Assembly (NCBI GenBank): GCA_964106645.2
Contig: OZ067042.1
Reading direction: 5' to 3' (one strand)
DNA length: 64,000 bases
From: Podarcis pityusensis
Taxonomy: Eukaryota
This document shows positions 10,646 through 24,321 of the stretch, in pieces. Made by a program: the position numbers and the translations under genes. Within the stretch, counting starts at the first letter, position 1. Each line of letters starts with the position of its first letter. The notes under the pieces were generated by a model. That model saw only the letters and a program-made list of their open reading frames with translations. It did not search any database and was not told the DNA's origin.

Positions 10646-13164
10646 GTTCGCTACCCAGGTGAGGAACAACCATATTTTGAATGAACCACAGAACCCAGGA
10701 ACTGTTTCCTAGTCCAGCATCCAGATTTAAGGACCCAGGTTTATTATAGCTTTGCAATAGGACAGAGCTCACTCAACTCAATGTGCCAGTTGAGAAGGTC
10801 TGGCCCAAGGCACTTCAGAACCAAAGCTCATATAGTAGTTCAAACACAGCAAACAAGGAGTTATAAAACATATTCACGTACATCAGGAAGGGTTACAGGT
10901 CGTGAGAAGTAAAGCACGAATGGCTCTGTACAGGCATCTTCAGCCCCACATCACCTTGGAGTGGCCCCGATGTTCCCAGGCCATTTGGCCATTTTAGGTC
11001 TCGGATGTCCCGCGTTACCCTGGCAACTTAGTCTTCAATGAGGGAAGAGCATCATAAAATCCTCTTCCTGAAGATAGCTTCAAGGATTGCCGATTTACAC
11101 TCTGGTGCTAAAACATCCTGCCATTTGTACAACTTTCACACAGAAAGGAAGCCTGATACATTCTAAAAGGTTAAATGAAACATTATTAAAATAATAAAAA
11201 TAAAATATACACTTGGGGTCTCTAATTCATACATCACAGGTCATAATCCGACACCATTTTACCACACTGGTTCTCACTAACTGGGCAAATGAGCATGCAA
11301 ATAACATCCATGTTGAACTTTATGAAATGCTTCTGATGTGGGTGTGCATGGCATGCACAAGAATCCTAGTTTGGTGAGTGCCTGAATGCATTTCTTCTAA
11401 GCAATTTAGATACAACACATTAATATTCAGCATATTTCTGAACTTGCCATATTCTGATCCGCACTAATAGTTTGGGGGTTGCTCTTGAATTGTTACCCAA
11501 AACTGTCGTCATCCAAGTTCTACTTTTTTGGGTCATTTCTCTTTTCGAAAGCTTGATCCGCTGCGTGACTTCAGAATTTTGCTGAAGAAAAGGAGCCTGG
11601 AAGACCTTGTTCCAGAGGCCTTGCATTCTTCTTTAACGGTGCTTGCACATAGCTTAATAACTACTTAGGTTGACAACTTCTGAGATGTAACGGAAAGGGG
11701 AGGGTTTCGTGCCAGCCTATTTCTGTTACCTGTCTTGTCTTCCACCACCCCCTCTCTTGGTTGTTAATTTCCACCAACTTTTGATGGCTGACAGGTTCCT
11801 GTCATCTCTTAGAGAAGCAAAACATGCATAGCAAAACTTATTGGGGGAGAATTAATTAAGTTTGCACTCATTTGTCCTCTCCTGATCTAGGCATGTTCTG
11901 CACTGTGTGCTGCTGTGTCCTTTAAAATCTGACTTCTGTGAAATTAACCTTCAATGCCAAAGAGAAGAACATTGCTTTGTTGCACAGGGGAACAACTCAC
12001 AGCCTGTATGTAGCCAGGCACAGGTTACTGATCCCCTTGTCGCTGAATTCATGCTGTACTCCCTGCGATCTATCAAGGACGTGGGGAGGTACACTGTGAG
12101 ATTACTGTACCTCCTCAATGCCCAGCTGAACTATGCTAAGAAGCTCAGACTATCACTTAGGCACCATAAGCTTTTAGGAATCGCTAATGTAAACATTTGA
12201 GTGGTTTTTCTACCTATTTGAGTGGGTCGTGGCTGTTTTATTTTGTTCCTTTAATTTTCTGTATCGGTTTGCATTCATTATTGTCTATTATTATTACTCA
12301 GTTGTACTTTTTGTTTTTAACGATTCTGTTAGCTGCTGTGAATACACATACATTTGTATTGAAGTTGCAGGGTATAATTATATAAATAAATTCAATCCTT
12401 ATTTTAGCCATGATCATATACGTTTATGGCCCCCACTCCAGAGGCCAATTGGCGAGTAATCCAGTCTTTATCAACCAGGTGCTCTCCAGATTTTTGGGAC
12501 TACAATTCCCATCAGCCCCAGCCAGCAGAGCAGTGGGAATTGCAATCCAGAACACCTGGATTGACACCAGATTGACAAAGGCAGGAGTGGACCATCCAGA
12601 CTTACCATTAAAGTGTCTTTATTTATTAAATTTGTATACTGCCTTTCATTCCAAGGATTACAGGATGGTTTACAATATAAAAACACAAAAATACATACCA
12701 TCGTAACAAACAAAAACAATAATTTCATGCACACATAGATGGTTTAATTAGCCAAAGGCCTGTCAGAAGAGGGATGTTTTTGCCTGGTGACTAAATATAT
12801 TGTTACGCCAGCCCAATCTCCAAGCAGTATGAGATCCCAGGGGCCCAGGTGGTTAACCAGGGTTCATGCCTCCTATTGGAAATAAAGCACAGTGGAGACT
12901 GTGGTATCTTTATGGTATATGGTTTATTTACACATATCTACAACCTGAGCCTACGATGGAGAGGTTCCCAGCATTACACTCCAAGAGGGTCTCTCACTCC
13001 TCCCACAGGATCCAAAACAGAAATCAACCATGTTCTCTTTCTCCTTTTACGGTCTATCCCAGTTTTTTTCGCTAGTGCCAACTGCAATCCTAAAAAAACT
13101 AACACTGGCTTATTTGTCTTACTTACTAAAACCAGGGCCCAGGGTGGGGCTTAACCTGTTAGGC

Positions 13165-13300
13165 CAGGCATGGCCAAACTTGGCCCTCCAGCAGTTTTGG
13201 GACTACAGTTCCCATCATCCCTGACCACTGGTCCTGTTAGCTAGGGATGGTGGGAGTTGTAGTCCCAAAACAGCTGGAGGGCCAAGTTTGACCATGCCTG
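13165..13300. mobile_element. hAT-type MITE, almost fully palindromic
   Basis: TIRs CAGGCATGGCCAAACTTGGCCCTCCAGC / GCTGGAGGGCCAAGTTTGACCATGCCTG. 8-bp TSD TGTTAGGC / CGTTAGGC. Confidence 0.88.
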
Positions 13301-16300
13301 CGTTAGGCTGTCTGGCACTGAATCTCCCAGTGGCCCATCTGACTCAGCCATCATCACATGACTACCTCATGAGGAAACTGTCCTGTGTTATTTCCAGCCT
13401 TTGCCAGATCCAACAATTGAGGGGTTGGATTAAATTCTAACTCTTTATTGAATTCAGAACAATGTGTAAGGAGGCTGGTGGCCCATTCTTGTGTTGCTGC
13501 CCTCCAGACATGCAAAGAAGAGCCTCAGACTGCAGGGTCTGGGTTTGCTTTCGAATGTTTGTTCAGATACGTGTAATTTCATTTCTTTTAGGAATTGGAA
13601 TTTCATTTCTTTTAGGGAAATGGAAATAGGGCGGTTGGCATCAGATTGATGTTGGATAATTATATCATAGAGTTTGACAGTTTGTTCTCAAAGGGTAGAG
13701 AAAGTAAAGTGCAAACCTATTTAATCTGTCCGGTTGAACCGTAAGCAACAAATTTATTTGTGAGGATGTCAGGGCTGCAATATCAGAAGGAAAACATTGT
13801 GCATATAACTCTTTTGGTCTAAATTAATTAGGCAGGATCCCAACATCAGTCATGTAGAATTTCATATACTAGTAAATATAGGGTATTAAATAGACTGAAA
13901 TGCTTGTTTTTCTACAAAGAAGTTTAAGAATTTTCAGGAACACTACTTTGATACAGTGTGAGGTTGTATATCAGAGTTAGGTGATGGTTTCAAAGGACAG
14001 CAGCCTTATGCTTTCTGCACACAGAACCACATGTGTCTATCTCTTAAGCATTTTTTTAAAAAAGTTCTGTGCATTATTATTACAGCAGAGCAGTGATAGA
14101 ATCACAGTGGTGCAAGCACATGCTTTCTGCCTGTCAGCAGGAGCGGAAGAGACCTGCATGACCTAGGCTTGCATGTTAGGCCATAGTTATGGAGGTTTCA
14201 ATAGCCCTATAGAAAAGTCCAGCGTGACCCATTGCTGACACAGACAAATCTTTGGGTCTGTGAACACACCCGTAGGCTGCTTCAGTCACTAATGTAGTGT
14301 AAGCATGGTGGGATGCTGGCATTAATAGAGAACATTAAACCTATTCATCATCGCAAGGTGGACGTATTTTTCAGATGCAGAGTGGTGTACCACTTGATGA
14401 AGAGCCAAGGTACTGTACATTCTTTGTGTCGCCCTTTCACTTTCTGTAGGAGGGGGAGAACAGACTTTAGATAATTTAGCATCCTGAACTCAGAAAATGA
14501 GCATTTTTATGTTCCTGATTGGCAATCCACAGACTGGGTGCACATTTGTTTGGTGAATTAAAACAGGTCAGTAAGGCATTGAAATGGAGAAGTATTTGCT
14601 CCCTTGAAAGCAACAGTAGTCTATTGGTACCTTCTCACATTATGGGATGGTAGCCAGTGTGGCACAGCTCCTTCTTGTGCCCAGGTAACGTGAGAAGCTC
14701 CATGCCAGGTGGGGGGAATCCACTCTGCAACTCCTCCCCACATCACTGTTGGCCCAACTTCCAGGACAAGTGAGGCCAAGTGCCATGTTACCCTTAGTGG
14801 CTGTGTGCAGAGATAGCATGATGGCATGAGACAAGCAAGAGACTAAAAAGCTGTGCCAGGTAATAGCAGTCTTCAGTTCTGACAACAAACACAAGAGGAG
14901 CTACATGAGTGGTATGAAATTTTAAGCTGAAGCAAATTTGGTTTGAGAAAAGAATGGTAACAGTAAAAGTATGAATGGGTGTGTTTGTGCGCGCAAAAGA
15001 GGTTATATAAATTGCCAGTGATCAGAGCATGGTAGGAATACATTCAGCTGGAAGGTTGGGTTAGATCATCCCAATTATTATTGGTGATCTTAAATTAGGT
15101 ACAGGGGTCGAAACGTTTGGTCCTGCCTCATTTACAAAGATAACCAAGCCATGTGGTGAGGGTGGTGCTAGATTCTGTTGTTTTCCCCTCACCCATACTA
15201 GCCAGAGGCTGTAACAAAGTTGTGACATTTGTAGAACAGAACTTCACTCCCTCTCCTTTTCCCCCTTTCTTGCTCCCTCATTTGCCAGATTTGTTAGATG
15301 AGGAGATCTGGCCTAAGGAGTTAGGGCAGCTTTTCAAATAGTTTCTAAAAATTAGACACATTTCAGTTTGTGTGTTTAAACTCTACTCAAGGGACTTACT
15401 GGGTATTGCACCCAAGACTTGATTAATAGTATCTGGTACTGGAATAAAAGAATACAGAGCATGCATAGAATAAGATGGCCTATTTTGTCTAAAGGGACTA
15501 TGATGCTGTTATCTAAACTTGATTATTTGCGAAAGAAAGAGCATTTTGAGGTATAATTAACTTTTACGTAGTCAGTGGTCCCAGTGAATTCACTTTCCAT
15601 GGCCCTCTGTCTCAGACCTACATGGGGGTTGTAGCTAATGTGTATAAATAACTTGGCATCTGCATGTCTCCTCTCCACAGGCATTTGAGAATTACAATGT
15701 TATGCTTATTGTTTTATTGTACTTTACCTGAAATTGTCAGTGCCATCTTATATATGCTTACTCAGAACAAGGCCTCACTCGAGTTCACTGGGGCTTATTC
15801 CCAGGAAAGTTTTTCTTTCTGCAGCAACTGAATCTGCAGCCATCTGATGATCTCCCCTCCCCCCCCCCATGCAACAACTTCATTCCAGCCTTTTTCAGAG
15901 TTCTCACACTGAAAACTATGTAGCAGCCTTTAGGGTCTTTTATAGCTGAATATTTTTTTCTACGTCATATTCTTTTCATCATTGGTATTTCTTTAACAAC
16001 TATTAATCTGCTTGCATTTCAGTTTTGTTTTGTTTACATACAGAAAAACATACAGCGTATTAGGTTACTTGTTAGATGCAGCCAGGAAATAAATAGTATG
16101 TAAAGATTGAAACACAAAAACATGAATGAGGGAACAGCAGTTAAAAGTGCACCATTTTTCATAGCACAATGACCTACCACAATTGATTAATGAAAATGGC
16201 AGTTCTGGAACATTTACCAAGTTGTTCGCCACTTCATAATCAGTCAGTATTGTTCAGCTGCTGGTGTAAGCTGAAGGCTGGGGGGGGTTTTGGGTTCACA

Positions 16301-19300
16301 TCAAAGGAGCCTATTTAAACATCTCACTGCTAGCCAACCATTTCTTGCTCTATAGAAAGCTAAATCGCTTCAGCAGTAAGATACTGGAATGTATGTGTGC
16401 TAGACTTTTGGTGTGTGGTTTTTGGAGGGGGTGTGTGTTTACTGTGCAGGAGAGCTTTGAAAAGCACAGGAGGTCTCCCATAAGGTCTAACATGGTAGGA
16501 CGATCTCCAGCTCATACCCTGTGGGTGGGTCCTAAAAACTATTGGTTGTTACCATCGCTCATAAGACAGACCACTTCACGGGAATGGTTAGATGCCCCTC
16601 CTAACTAGTCAAATTCTCTGGGTAATCCTATGCATATTTATTTGGAAGCAGGCCCCACTGTTGCAATGTGACTCAAAAATAAGTGTACATAGGATTGCAG
16701 CCTGAGTTGCTTGCTGGTGGGTGCAGGTGTGGCCGTAGGTATACTATTGTGTTTACACTTCCGTCTTAACAAAAATCTGACTATTTGCATCAAAGCTTCC
16801 AGTAATTGAGCAGTCTGACATAGGAATTTGAAGGCCTCAAATTTCACATAAATGTAAATTCATACTGTTACAGTTATGCACAACGTCCTATCCAGACAAC
16901 CCAAAACTATATCTAGAAAATGATTAACAGAAAAGGCTTTTTTTCAATCTCTTGATTAAAAATGTTAACTTTGTAAGTGTTCATTTTGATTAACTGTAAC
17001 TCATGTACAGATGTATTTTATTTACACATAGCACTGGGGGAAAATAAAAAGGTAAACTTATCTTCCCTTGAAACAAAATAAGAAGTTTACAGTCCTGCAC
17101 ATAACCAATTGCGCATTGTGTCAAAGAAAATGTCATGTGAAAACATTAAAGTGTGATTAGTTTATGGGAATGTGTTGTTACAAGATGTTGCTTTGGTCAA
17201 GTTTAAGAAGCAAACTGTTCATAGTAATCAATGATACAAGTTGTGTTTTGTTGTAAATTTTTACATTTCTGTAAGCAGAAACTTAAGTTTGAGAATAGAT
17301 TTATTTTTCACTAAAAATGTATTGCATTGCTGTCTCTGCCTGAAGAACTTGTGCTGGGCACAAATCAAAGAGTAATATTAACCAGTGACCTGCTTTTATT
17401 ATTCTCGAACAAACTAATTTATCATGATTTGCTGTGGCATGCAAATAAGGGAAATTCCAAAACCTGGTTTGTTCCCAACTACAAATTTGCTTCCTTCTTG
17501 TTCTGCCACTCCTTGGACAAGTACCAACTGTTTCTCACAGTTGTCCATCTAGATTACAGTGATGTGGGTCTAAACCTGAATCACATAGGGGCTCTCCAGC
17601 ATTATCATAATAGCTTCCCCAGATCAAGAATACAAATATGAGGAAGATTGGCCAAATAACAACTGCAGCCCTAGAGTTCATTATGATAGTATAAAGGCAG
17701 AGTGGGAAACAAAATAAGTATACTTTAGGCCTCTACACCTTACTTGCATGCAACAAGTTTAATGTGTTGAGGAGCTGGCCACACAGTTTCCCTGGACTTA
17801 CACTTTCCTTTGAATGGGCATCTGAAAAGAAACCTCTTTTCAGCTGTCTATGCAGAGGGGTTCCACGTGATCCGCACATGTGTAAAATCAGGTTGCCCTG
17901 GTCACATGGCACCCTGAGTTGTGAACAGTTGCTCACATGCAGATAACTCCATTTCAAACACCCACACTCAACATGCAGGTGCCAGAGGCAAGGCTGGTGT
18001 GGGGGCACAGGGTCAGGGATGAGGCCAACAGGGCAGACCCTCCCTGCTTCACCACATGAGTGAATGCGTGAATAGGCAGAATGGTAGATTACCAATTGTT
18101 TTCCTGAGACCTCAGGTTCCTTGGCCAGCTTAATCAGGGGCTCCCCTTTGAGATCAGCCATAGCCTACAAGCATGGAAAAACAGCTTTCCTATCCCTAAC
18201 AATCTTCCCTTAGTGTACAGGGCTGAGGATTAAACCTGTTCTAAAGCAGACTCTGTTTTCCTGGGTTAATGACAAGGCTCTACTGGCTGCGCTTGGTGCC
18301 CCATGTGAAATCTCAAGCCCAGGCCACAGATGTGAAGGACAAGGAGAGAAGAGACCTCAAAGGTGCACTGAAATTATCTAGCAAAGGCAGAGGCCTGTTT
18401 TCTTGTATTTATTCCAGGTCTTAAAAATCCAGAGGCTTACTTCCACCTGTAATCTACAGGAGCCCAATATCTCACACCATTATTCTTTGCAGCACACTTA
18501 CTCTTCATAAGTACACATAGTTTCTTAACTTGCTGGTCTAGGATAGCAGACCCGGTTCTTCATGGTTCAGGCTCAGCCCTAGAGCTCTGCCCTACAATCC
18601 TTTGCAACATAAATAGGCATGCTAGGGAGACAAATTTGATAGGGAATGCTTTTCTTAAACATAGAAAGTTGGAAAGAACTATCCTAGAGAAAGAAGCTTT
18701 CTGTACACAAACCCACAGCATGGCAGTTGTGGCAGAATCCTTTTCACAAGAGGTTAGCATCTACAGCCCGTTGTGCTGCTTCAACAGGGACAACCCTACA
18801 ATTGGGCAAAGTGTCTCAGATGCTGGAGATCAGCAGTCCCCAGCCCCTCAGCCATTCCCCTTTGTTGTCATCCTCCCCCAATTGGCCTGCTTTCTCAGGT
18901 GTGGTAGAGGACACTATGCTGTTAACCATGTTGCCTCAGTCAGCAAAATGTCTTGGTCTGGCCTTATGCTTCAGAAGGCTCTGCGCTTCCAACTCTCCTA
19001 AGAATGATTGGTTCAACAAATAGGATCAACTGATCACCTCATCGGGTTCAAAGCTGTTTTCCACCTGACGATTTGAGCTCTGAGTGCCCAGAGGAATGAA
19101 GGACTTTGAGAAGGACTTTAGAAACGCTTCCATTTTTTATTTCCCTGTCATCCAAATCTGAGAAATGGTGGTTATGCTTAACTGTGGTTTGTTGAAACAA
19201 GCGAACTGCTTACCATAGTTCAGTAACCTGACTTGTTTCAGCAAGCCCTAGTTAAAATGCGCTGTAGTTCAGGGCTTGGATAATGCTAAACCATGGTCAG

Positions 19301-19638
19301 TCTGAAATAGGAGTAGAAGCCTTTCATCTCTTCCACCCAGCCACTCCAAAGGAGAAGTGGCAGATGCAAGCCAAAGGCTTGCTATGGCTCATACTTGTAA
19401 TTTTAAAACTTAATTTGGTGTGTGAATCAGGCCACTGTTTCTTGATGTGTTTATGTAACTCAGCTTTTAAAAAATAAAGGCAAGTACTTCCTTTTCTTAG
19501 AGTTCTTTATGACAGGAAGGATATAACACCACAGTTTCATTACAGTCATTTTTTACCCCCACACATGAATTTGGTGTGTAGGTTATTTGTGGGTTTTATC
19601 ATCTAACCCTCCCTCCTCCGAAAAGTTAATAGATTTCA

Positions 19639-19672
19639 AGCAGCAGCAGCAGCAACAACAACAACAACAACA
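19639..19672. repeat. (CAG)n(CAA)n trinucleotide tract, intronic
   Basis: Seen directly. Confidence 0.9.
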
Positions 19673-20066
19673 AAATAATCATACTTCAGGTTCTGTAGAA
19701 GGCTTTGTGCTTTATTGGCACAAATAGCCAACTGCGTGAGGCAATGAGATGTAAAAGAGAGGCTTGCACTTGGTAGCACACAAAAAAATATGGGAACTGT
19801 CTTAAGGATTTGGGGGGGGTATTTTTTATAAAATATCAGCTGAGGCCAGCAATGAGTAGGAATTCTATACACGCAAGAGGGAAAGACATTATCCCATTCT
19901 ATTTGCTACCTAGGCCACAGTATTGGTAAGGAAATGTTGCTGTGGCTTCACTCTTGTACAAATGTTCGTTGGGACTAGATTAATAGAAGCACTTTTTCTG
20001 TCTTAAAACTAATCATACTTTTTCTTGTGTGGTATTAGTAGGTCCACAGCAGGGTGGTTAACTTGT

Positions 20067-20067
<1 letters not shown>

Positions 20068-20097
<30 letters not shown>
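20068..20097. repeat. (CA)n microsatellite
   Basis: Seen directly. Confidence 0.95.
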
Positions 20098-20100
<3 letters not shown>

Positions 20101-20659
20101 AAAAAACTAGCCATTAAAAATATATATTATTGCTCACTCCTGTGGGTTTGCTTCTATGATGCCAAAATGTTTTAGGTGTCTCCCCAAAGACTTTCCCTAC
20201 ACTTGTACAACAACAACAGATTTAAAATATTGTAGACCAGCTGTTGGAAAAAGCTTTTGAAGGGCAGGCTTGAAAACTACAGTTTTCACCACACCCCCAC
20301 TTTCATACTTTGGCCGCTTTGACATTTGGCCCCCAGAGGGTTGACTATGTGTCATTCCTATTCTTGGCCGAAGAAAGCTACCCCTGCTGTAGTCTTTGGT
20401 TGGTAATAGCATGCTATGACCAAGAACTTGCAATCACTTAAAAGTTGGAATGTGTGTCTTAAAGGCACAGCCTGGGAGCAGTTTACTTCTGCCCATTTAA
20501 CTGTTTTGATCTGCAGAAATAGCCCTATTACAAGTGCCACATTATACACGTTCCGCAGTTGTAACAAAGTATTTTTTAGTGTGTTTGAAACTCCCTGTCG
20601 ATTGACATCAGGAAAGATACTGTCATTTACTTGGTCATTTAAGAAATGTAAAATCAAGG

Positions 20660-21150
20660 CCCACCTCTCAATAAATTTGTTTTCTTGATTCCAACAATGC
20701 TTATTAGTATGAATCCAAAAGAGAACTATTTTAAAACAATCTTCCAGTGGTATTTAACTCCACACAGAATTAGACAAATATTTGGCCAAAACATGCACGG
20801 CTGGAGATGCAATAGAATTAAGGCGAATTTAAGATTCATCTTTTGGAGCTGTAAAAACAAACATTTCTGGACAGAAGTATTGAATAATATATTAATAAGT
20901 ACGGACTATGATATCCCAAGGAAACCTAAAATAACTCTTCTTTTGAGTTATTCTTCATCCTGCAGTCATTAATACTGATTTACAACTGATTACTGCTTCT
21001 AACAACAACAAAACAGTCTATTGCACAAAAATGGAAAAACAAACACCCCCCTACCATAACTGTTTGGCGAAGGAAAATTTGGCAAAATATCTTAATGATA
21101 AAGCTTACATACAAGAGAAACACCATACTTAATAATCAGTTAAGCATCAA
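20660..21150 (+). mobile_element. Degraded L1 ORF2 3' fragment
   Basis: KENYFKTIFQWYLTP...WRC...FWSC...FW aligns with KENVMKMIYRWYMTP...CWKC...WWTC...FW of the young L1. Frameshifted; boundaries approximate. Confidence 0.75.
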
Positions 21151-21207
21151 TGAGAATTTGAAATGCTTTTGTGTTCTGTCTGTGAACATTTAGTTACATT
21201 TCCACAG

Positions 21208-21353
21208 AAAAAAGAATGGACAGGAAATTCAGCCAGAGACCTCTTTCCCAAGCCGAAACCGAATTGTTCCTCCAGAATTCCTGTATCGTATGGACTACAA
21301 GAAAATTGGAAAATGTGTTATTATAAACAACAAGAACTTCAAAGAAAGTACAA
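21208..21353 (+). CDS. CASP7: Caspase-7 coding exon 2
   Basis: KKNGQEIQPETSFPSRNRIVPPEFLYRMDYKKIGKCVIINNKNFKEST; CAG acceptor, GTATGT donor, phases 2/1. Confidence 0.93.
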
Positions 21354-22077
21354 GTATGTTTTTCACATCATCTTAATATAACTCTGGGTGGTACTTCTGT
21401 TAGAGAGCAAGAGCTGTACGCGAGAGCAGTGCTTTTCAAGACAATATGCTAATATCTAGGGACACTCTTCTCCCATATCAATCAGCCACATTTGATGGGA
21501 ACAAGGGAAAGTAACTTTTCTATTGCTAGTTTCATATTTTGAGACCCTGCTTTGCATGTTCCTTTTTGGCCTTCAAACATAAAGTTAAAAGCTTTCTGTT
21601 AGAAAGGCTTTTGTGCTTTAAACGTCTGACATAACCACCTTGCCTATAGTGTTCTCTTATGAGGGGCTTTTTGCAGTTTTAAAGGGATATGCTGCTGATA
21701 ATGTATTTTTATTACTATTTCTTAGCATGCTGCTTTAGTGTTTACTTTGCCCGGGGGGGTTGTATTTTGCTCTGAGCAGCCTTGAACTCTTCTAACGGAA
21801 GTGTGGCCATACCCAGAGAATGACTGAGCCCACAAAAAGCGCACCGTAAAATATTGATAGTCTTTATGGTGCCACAAAACATTGCTGCAGCAGTCTCGAC
21901 TGGGCCCCCTCTCTGGCCATTGCTTTGGTCGTTGTGAATATAACAAGCTGTTTCTGAATACTGCTCAAAGGTTTTAAATTTTAAAATCATTTTCTCTCCC
22001 ATTGGGCATTCACACAACCTATAATAATAAGTACGCCTCTGCACAGTCAGCATCAATCTTCTTGTGTTTCTTATCAG

Positions 22078-22206
22078 ACATGGGTATACGAAATGGCACT
22101 GATAAAGATGCTGGTGACCTGCTAAAATGTTTTCGAAGCATTGGATTTGATGTTTCCATCCATAATGATCTCACCTGTGAAGCTATGGAGAATAAACTCA
22201 AGGAAG
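22078..22206 (+). CDS. CASP7: Caspase-7 coding exon 3
   Basis: MGIRNGTDKDAGDLLKCFRSIGFDVSIHNDLTCEAMENKLKE; 129 nt; AG/GT. Confidence 0.95.
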
Positions 22207-22510
22207 GTAACAATGACCACCCTGTTTAGATAGTTTGCTGGTTAACTTAAGAAGACCAATTGTGTTCTTCCTTTGGTCATTTGAGAAGCTGAGCTCTTAA
22301 TACATAATTTGGGTAGTACTAAACGAATTGGGTTGTTGTCAGTGTAGCACTAAGGAGATTTGTTTCTGTTTGCTCAATAGGACCATCTCCCCTAATTCAC
22401 TGTTCTGGGGGTTCTCCTGACCATCTGGAGAAGATTTGGAGGGTAGCGTTCCATTGCACTAGCAGGCATCATTGCACTGGCTTCCTCTAGCACAACAATT
22501 TCATTGAATA

Positions 22511-22748
22511 CAGTGGTACCTTGGTTGTCAAACTTAATCTGTCTGACTCTCGAAACAGTTCGAAAACCAAGGCGCAGCTTCCGATTGGCTGCAGGAGCTT
22601 CCTGCACTCAATCAGAAGCCACAGAAGCTGTGTCGGACGTTCAGCTTCCAAAGAACGTTCGCAAACCGGAACACTTACCACCAGGTTTGCGGCATTTGGG
22701 AGCCGATTTGTTCGGGAGCCAAGCCCTTCAACAACTAAGGTACCACTG
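22511..22748. mobile_element. Tc1/mariner (Tigger-like) MITE
   Basis: TA-CAGTGGTACCTTGGTTGT ... ACAACTAAGGTACCACTG-TA: TIRs with a TA TSD. Confidence 0.85.
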
Positions 22749-23015
22749 TACAAACGCTTCCTAGTGATCAGTTCAGGCTTAGTAATGCTTAGAATTGAGC
22801 CATTGGAAACAGTGGGACTAATTTAAGTTCCATTGATTTCAAAGGGTCTCTTTTAAGCATGACAAAGATCCAACCCAGTGGGAGTTATTTCTGAGTAAAC
22901 ATGAATAGGATTGATGTTAGCCCTTCTTTTAATTGTGCAGAAAAAAGACTTGCCACGTATAGTTTTTGTTAAGTGGCATTTCCATTATGTAAGAGGAAAT
23001 ACATTTGATTTGCAG

Positions 23016-23191
23016 TTGCCCTTGAGAGCCACAGTGATGCTGCTTGTTTTGCCTGCATATTATTAAGCCACGGAGACGAGGGGTTTATCTATGGCACAGA
23101 TGGAGCTATGGCAATAAAGGAGTTGACAAGTCTTTTCAGAGGAGACAAGTGCCCAAGCCTCATTGGAAAACCTAAATTGTTTTTCATTCAG
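23016..23191 (+). CDS. CASP7: Caspase-7 coding exon 4 (catalytic His)
   Basis: [58 protein letters not shown]; 176 nt; AG/GTAAGG. Confidence 0.96.
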
Positions 23192-23918
23192 GTAAGGAGG
23201 TATTTGATGCAAGCTAGCATGTGCTGGGTAGAAGCTGTTTTCCAAAGTTTAGCAGCAGGAAGCTAGAAGTGGAAACAGTGGTCTAAAATGGTTGCTGAGC
23301 AATGCCTAAGGTGAGGTAGATACGAGAGATACTTGGTCAGCTTTTCTTGAGAATGATTCTCAATAGTTGTCTTTTTTCCTGTTTTCTCAATTTGTGTCTC
23401 AAACACTACAACCCACTTTCATTTCCTTTTATTGTCCTCTCCCTTCTTTTGTAGAAGATGTTACATTATTTGCCCTAGAGTAATTTATTTGTTGTTAAAT
23501 TAATTATTAATTAAAAACTCATTTAAAAAAATTCTCATGTATTGAGTATTTTGGATAACTGCACAAACACAAAATGTCAGTTTAAGGCCAATATTAGGCA
23601 CTTAATAAATAATGAATAGCATGCTCACCAGCAATGGCATGGCATGGCCTATCTGTGTATTCATACAAATGAATTGCAGCTAATATATTTAAGCTGTAGC
23701 CCTAGGACAAATATGTTTTTCATAGGGTTGATGCTGCTGATCCTAGTATAGGTCATTAACGTACCATATTTCATTTACAAGGTTCAAGTATATGTTCAGT
23801 TATAATGTGAATCTGTTTCAGTTACAAAATTATCATAAAATTCCATAACTCCTGTAAATTGTATGTGATTTATGTGTACACTGAATTATTTTGCTCACTG
23901 TTTATATCATGGTTTCAG

Positions 23919-24057
23919 GCCTGTCGAGGTTCTGAATTTGATGAAGGGATTCAGACAGATGCAGGTTCTCCAAATAACGATCTGGAAATGGATGCCAATC
24001 CAGGATGCAAGATTCCTGTAGAAGCAGATTTTTTGTATGCATATTCCACCGTGCCAG
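23919..24057 (+). CDS. CASP7: Caspase-7 coding exon 5 (catalytic Cys, intersubunit linker)
   Basis: [46 protein letters not shown]; completes QACRG across the splice. Confidence 0.96.
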
Positions 24058-24321
24058 GTATAAATGGGAAAAGTGACAAACTTGACATACAAATGAGTGC
24101 GAGTAAAACAAAGTGTCACATATTGGGGAAAATTTAAGCATTTGTCAGCTGAAATTAAATAACAATGAAATGCTATTTTATGGGGAAATGTATTTTCTTT
24201 ACATTGAATTATGAGCCAGTCTTGAAAGTTTGAAGCACTGGACTTTATATTTTCACATATCAAGTTTGTTTCCTTCTGAAATGTATATAGGCTTTTCAGT
24301 GTTCTAGTTTGTGTGTATAAT

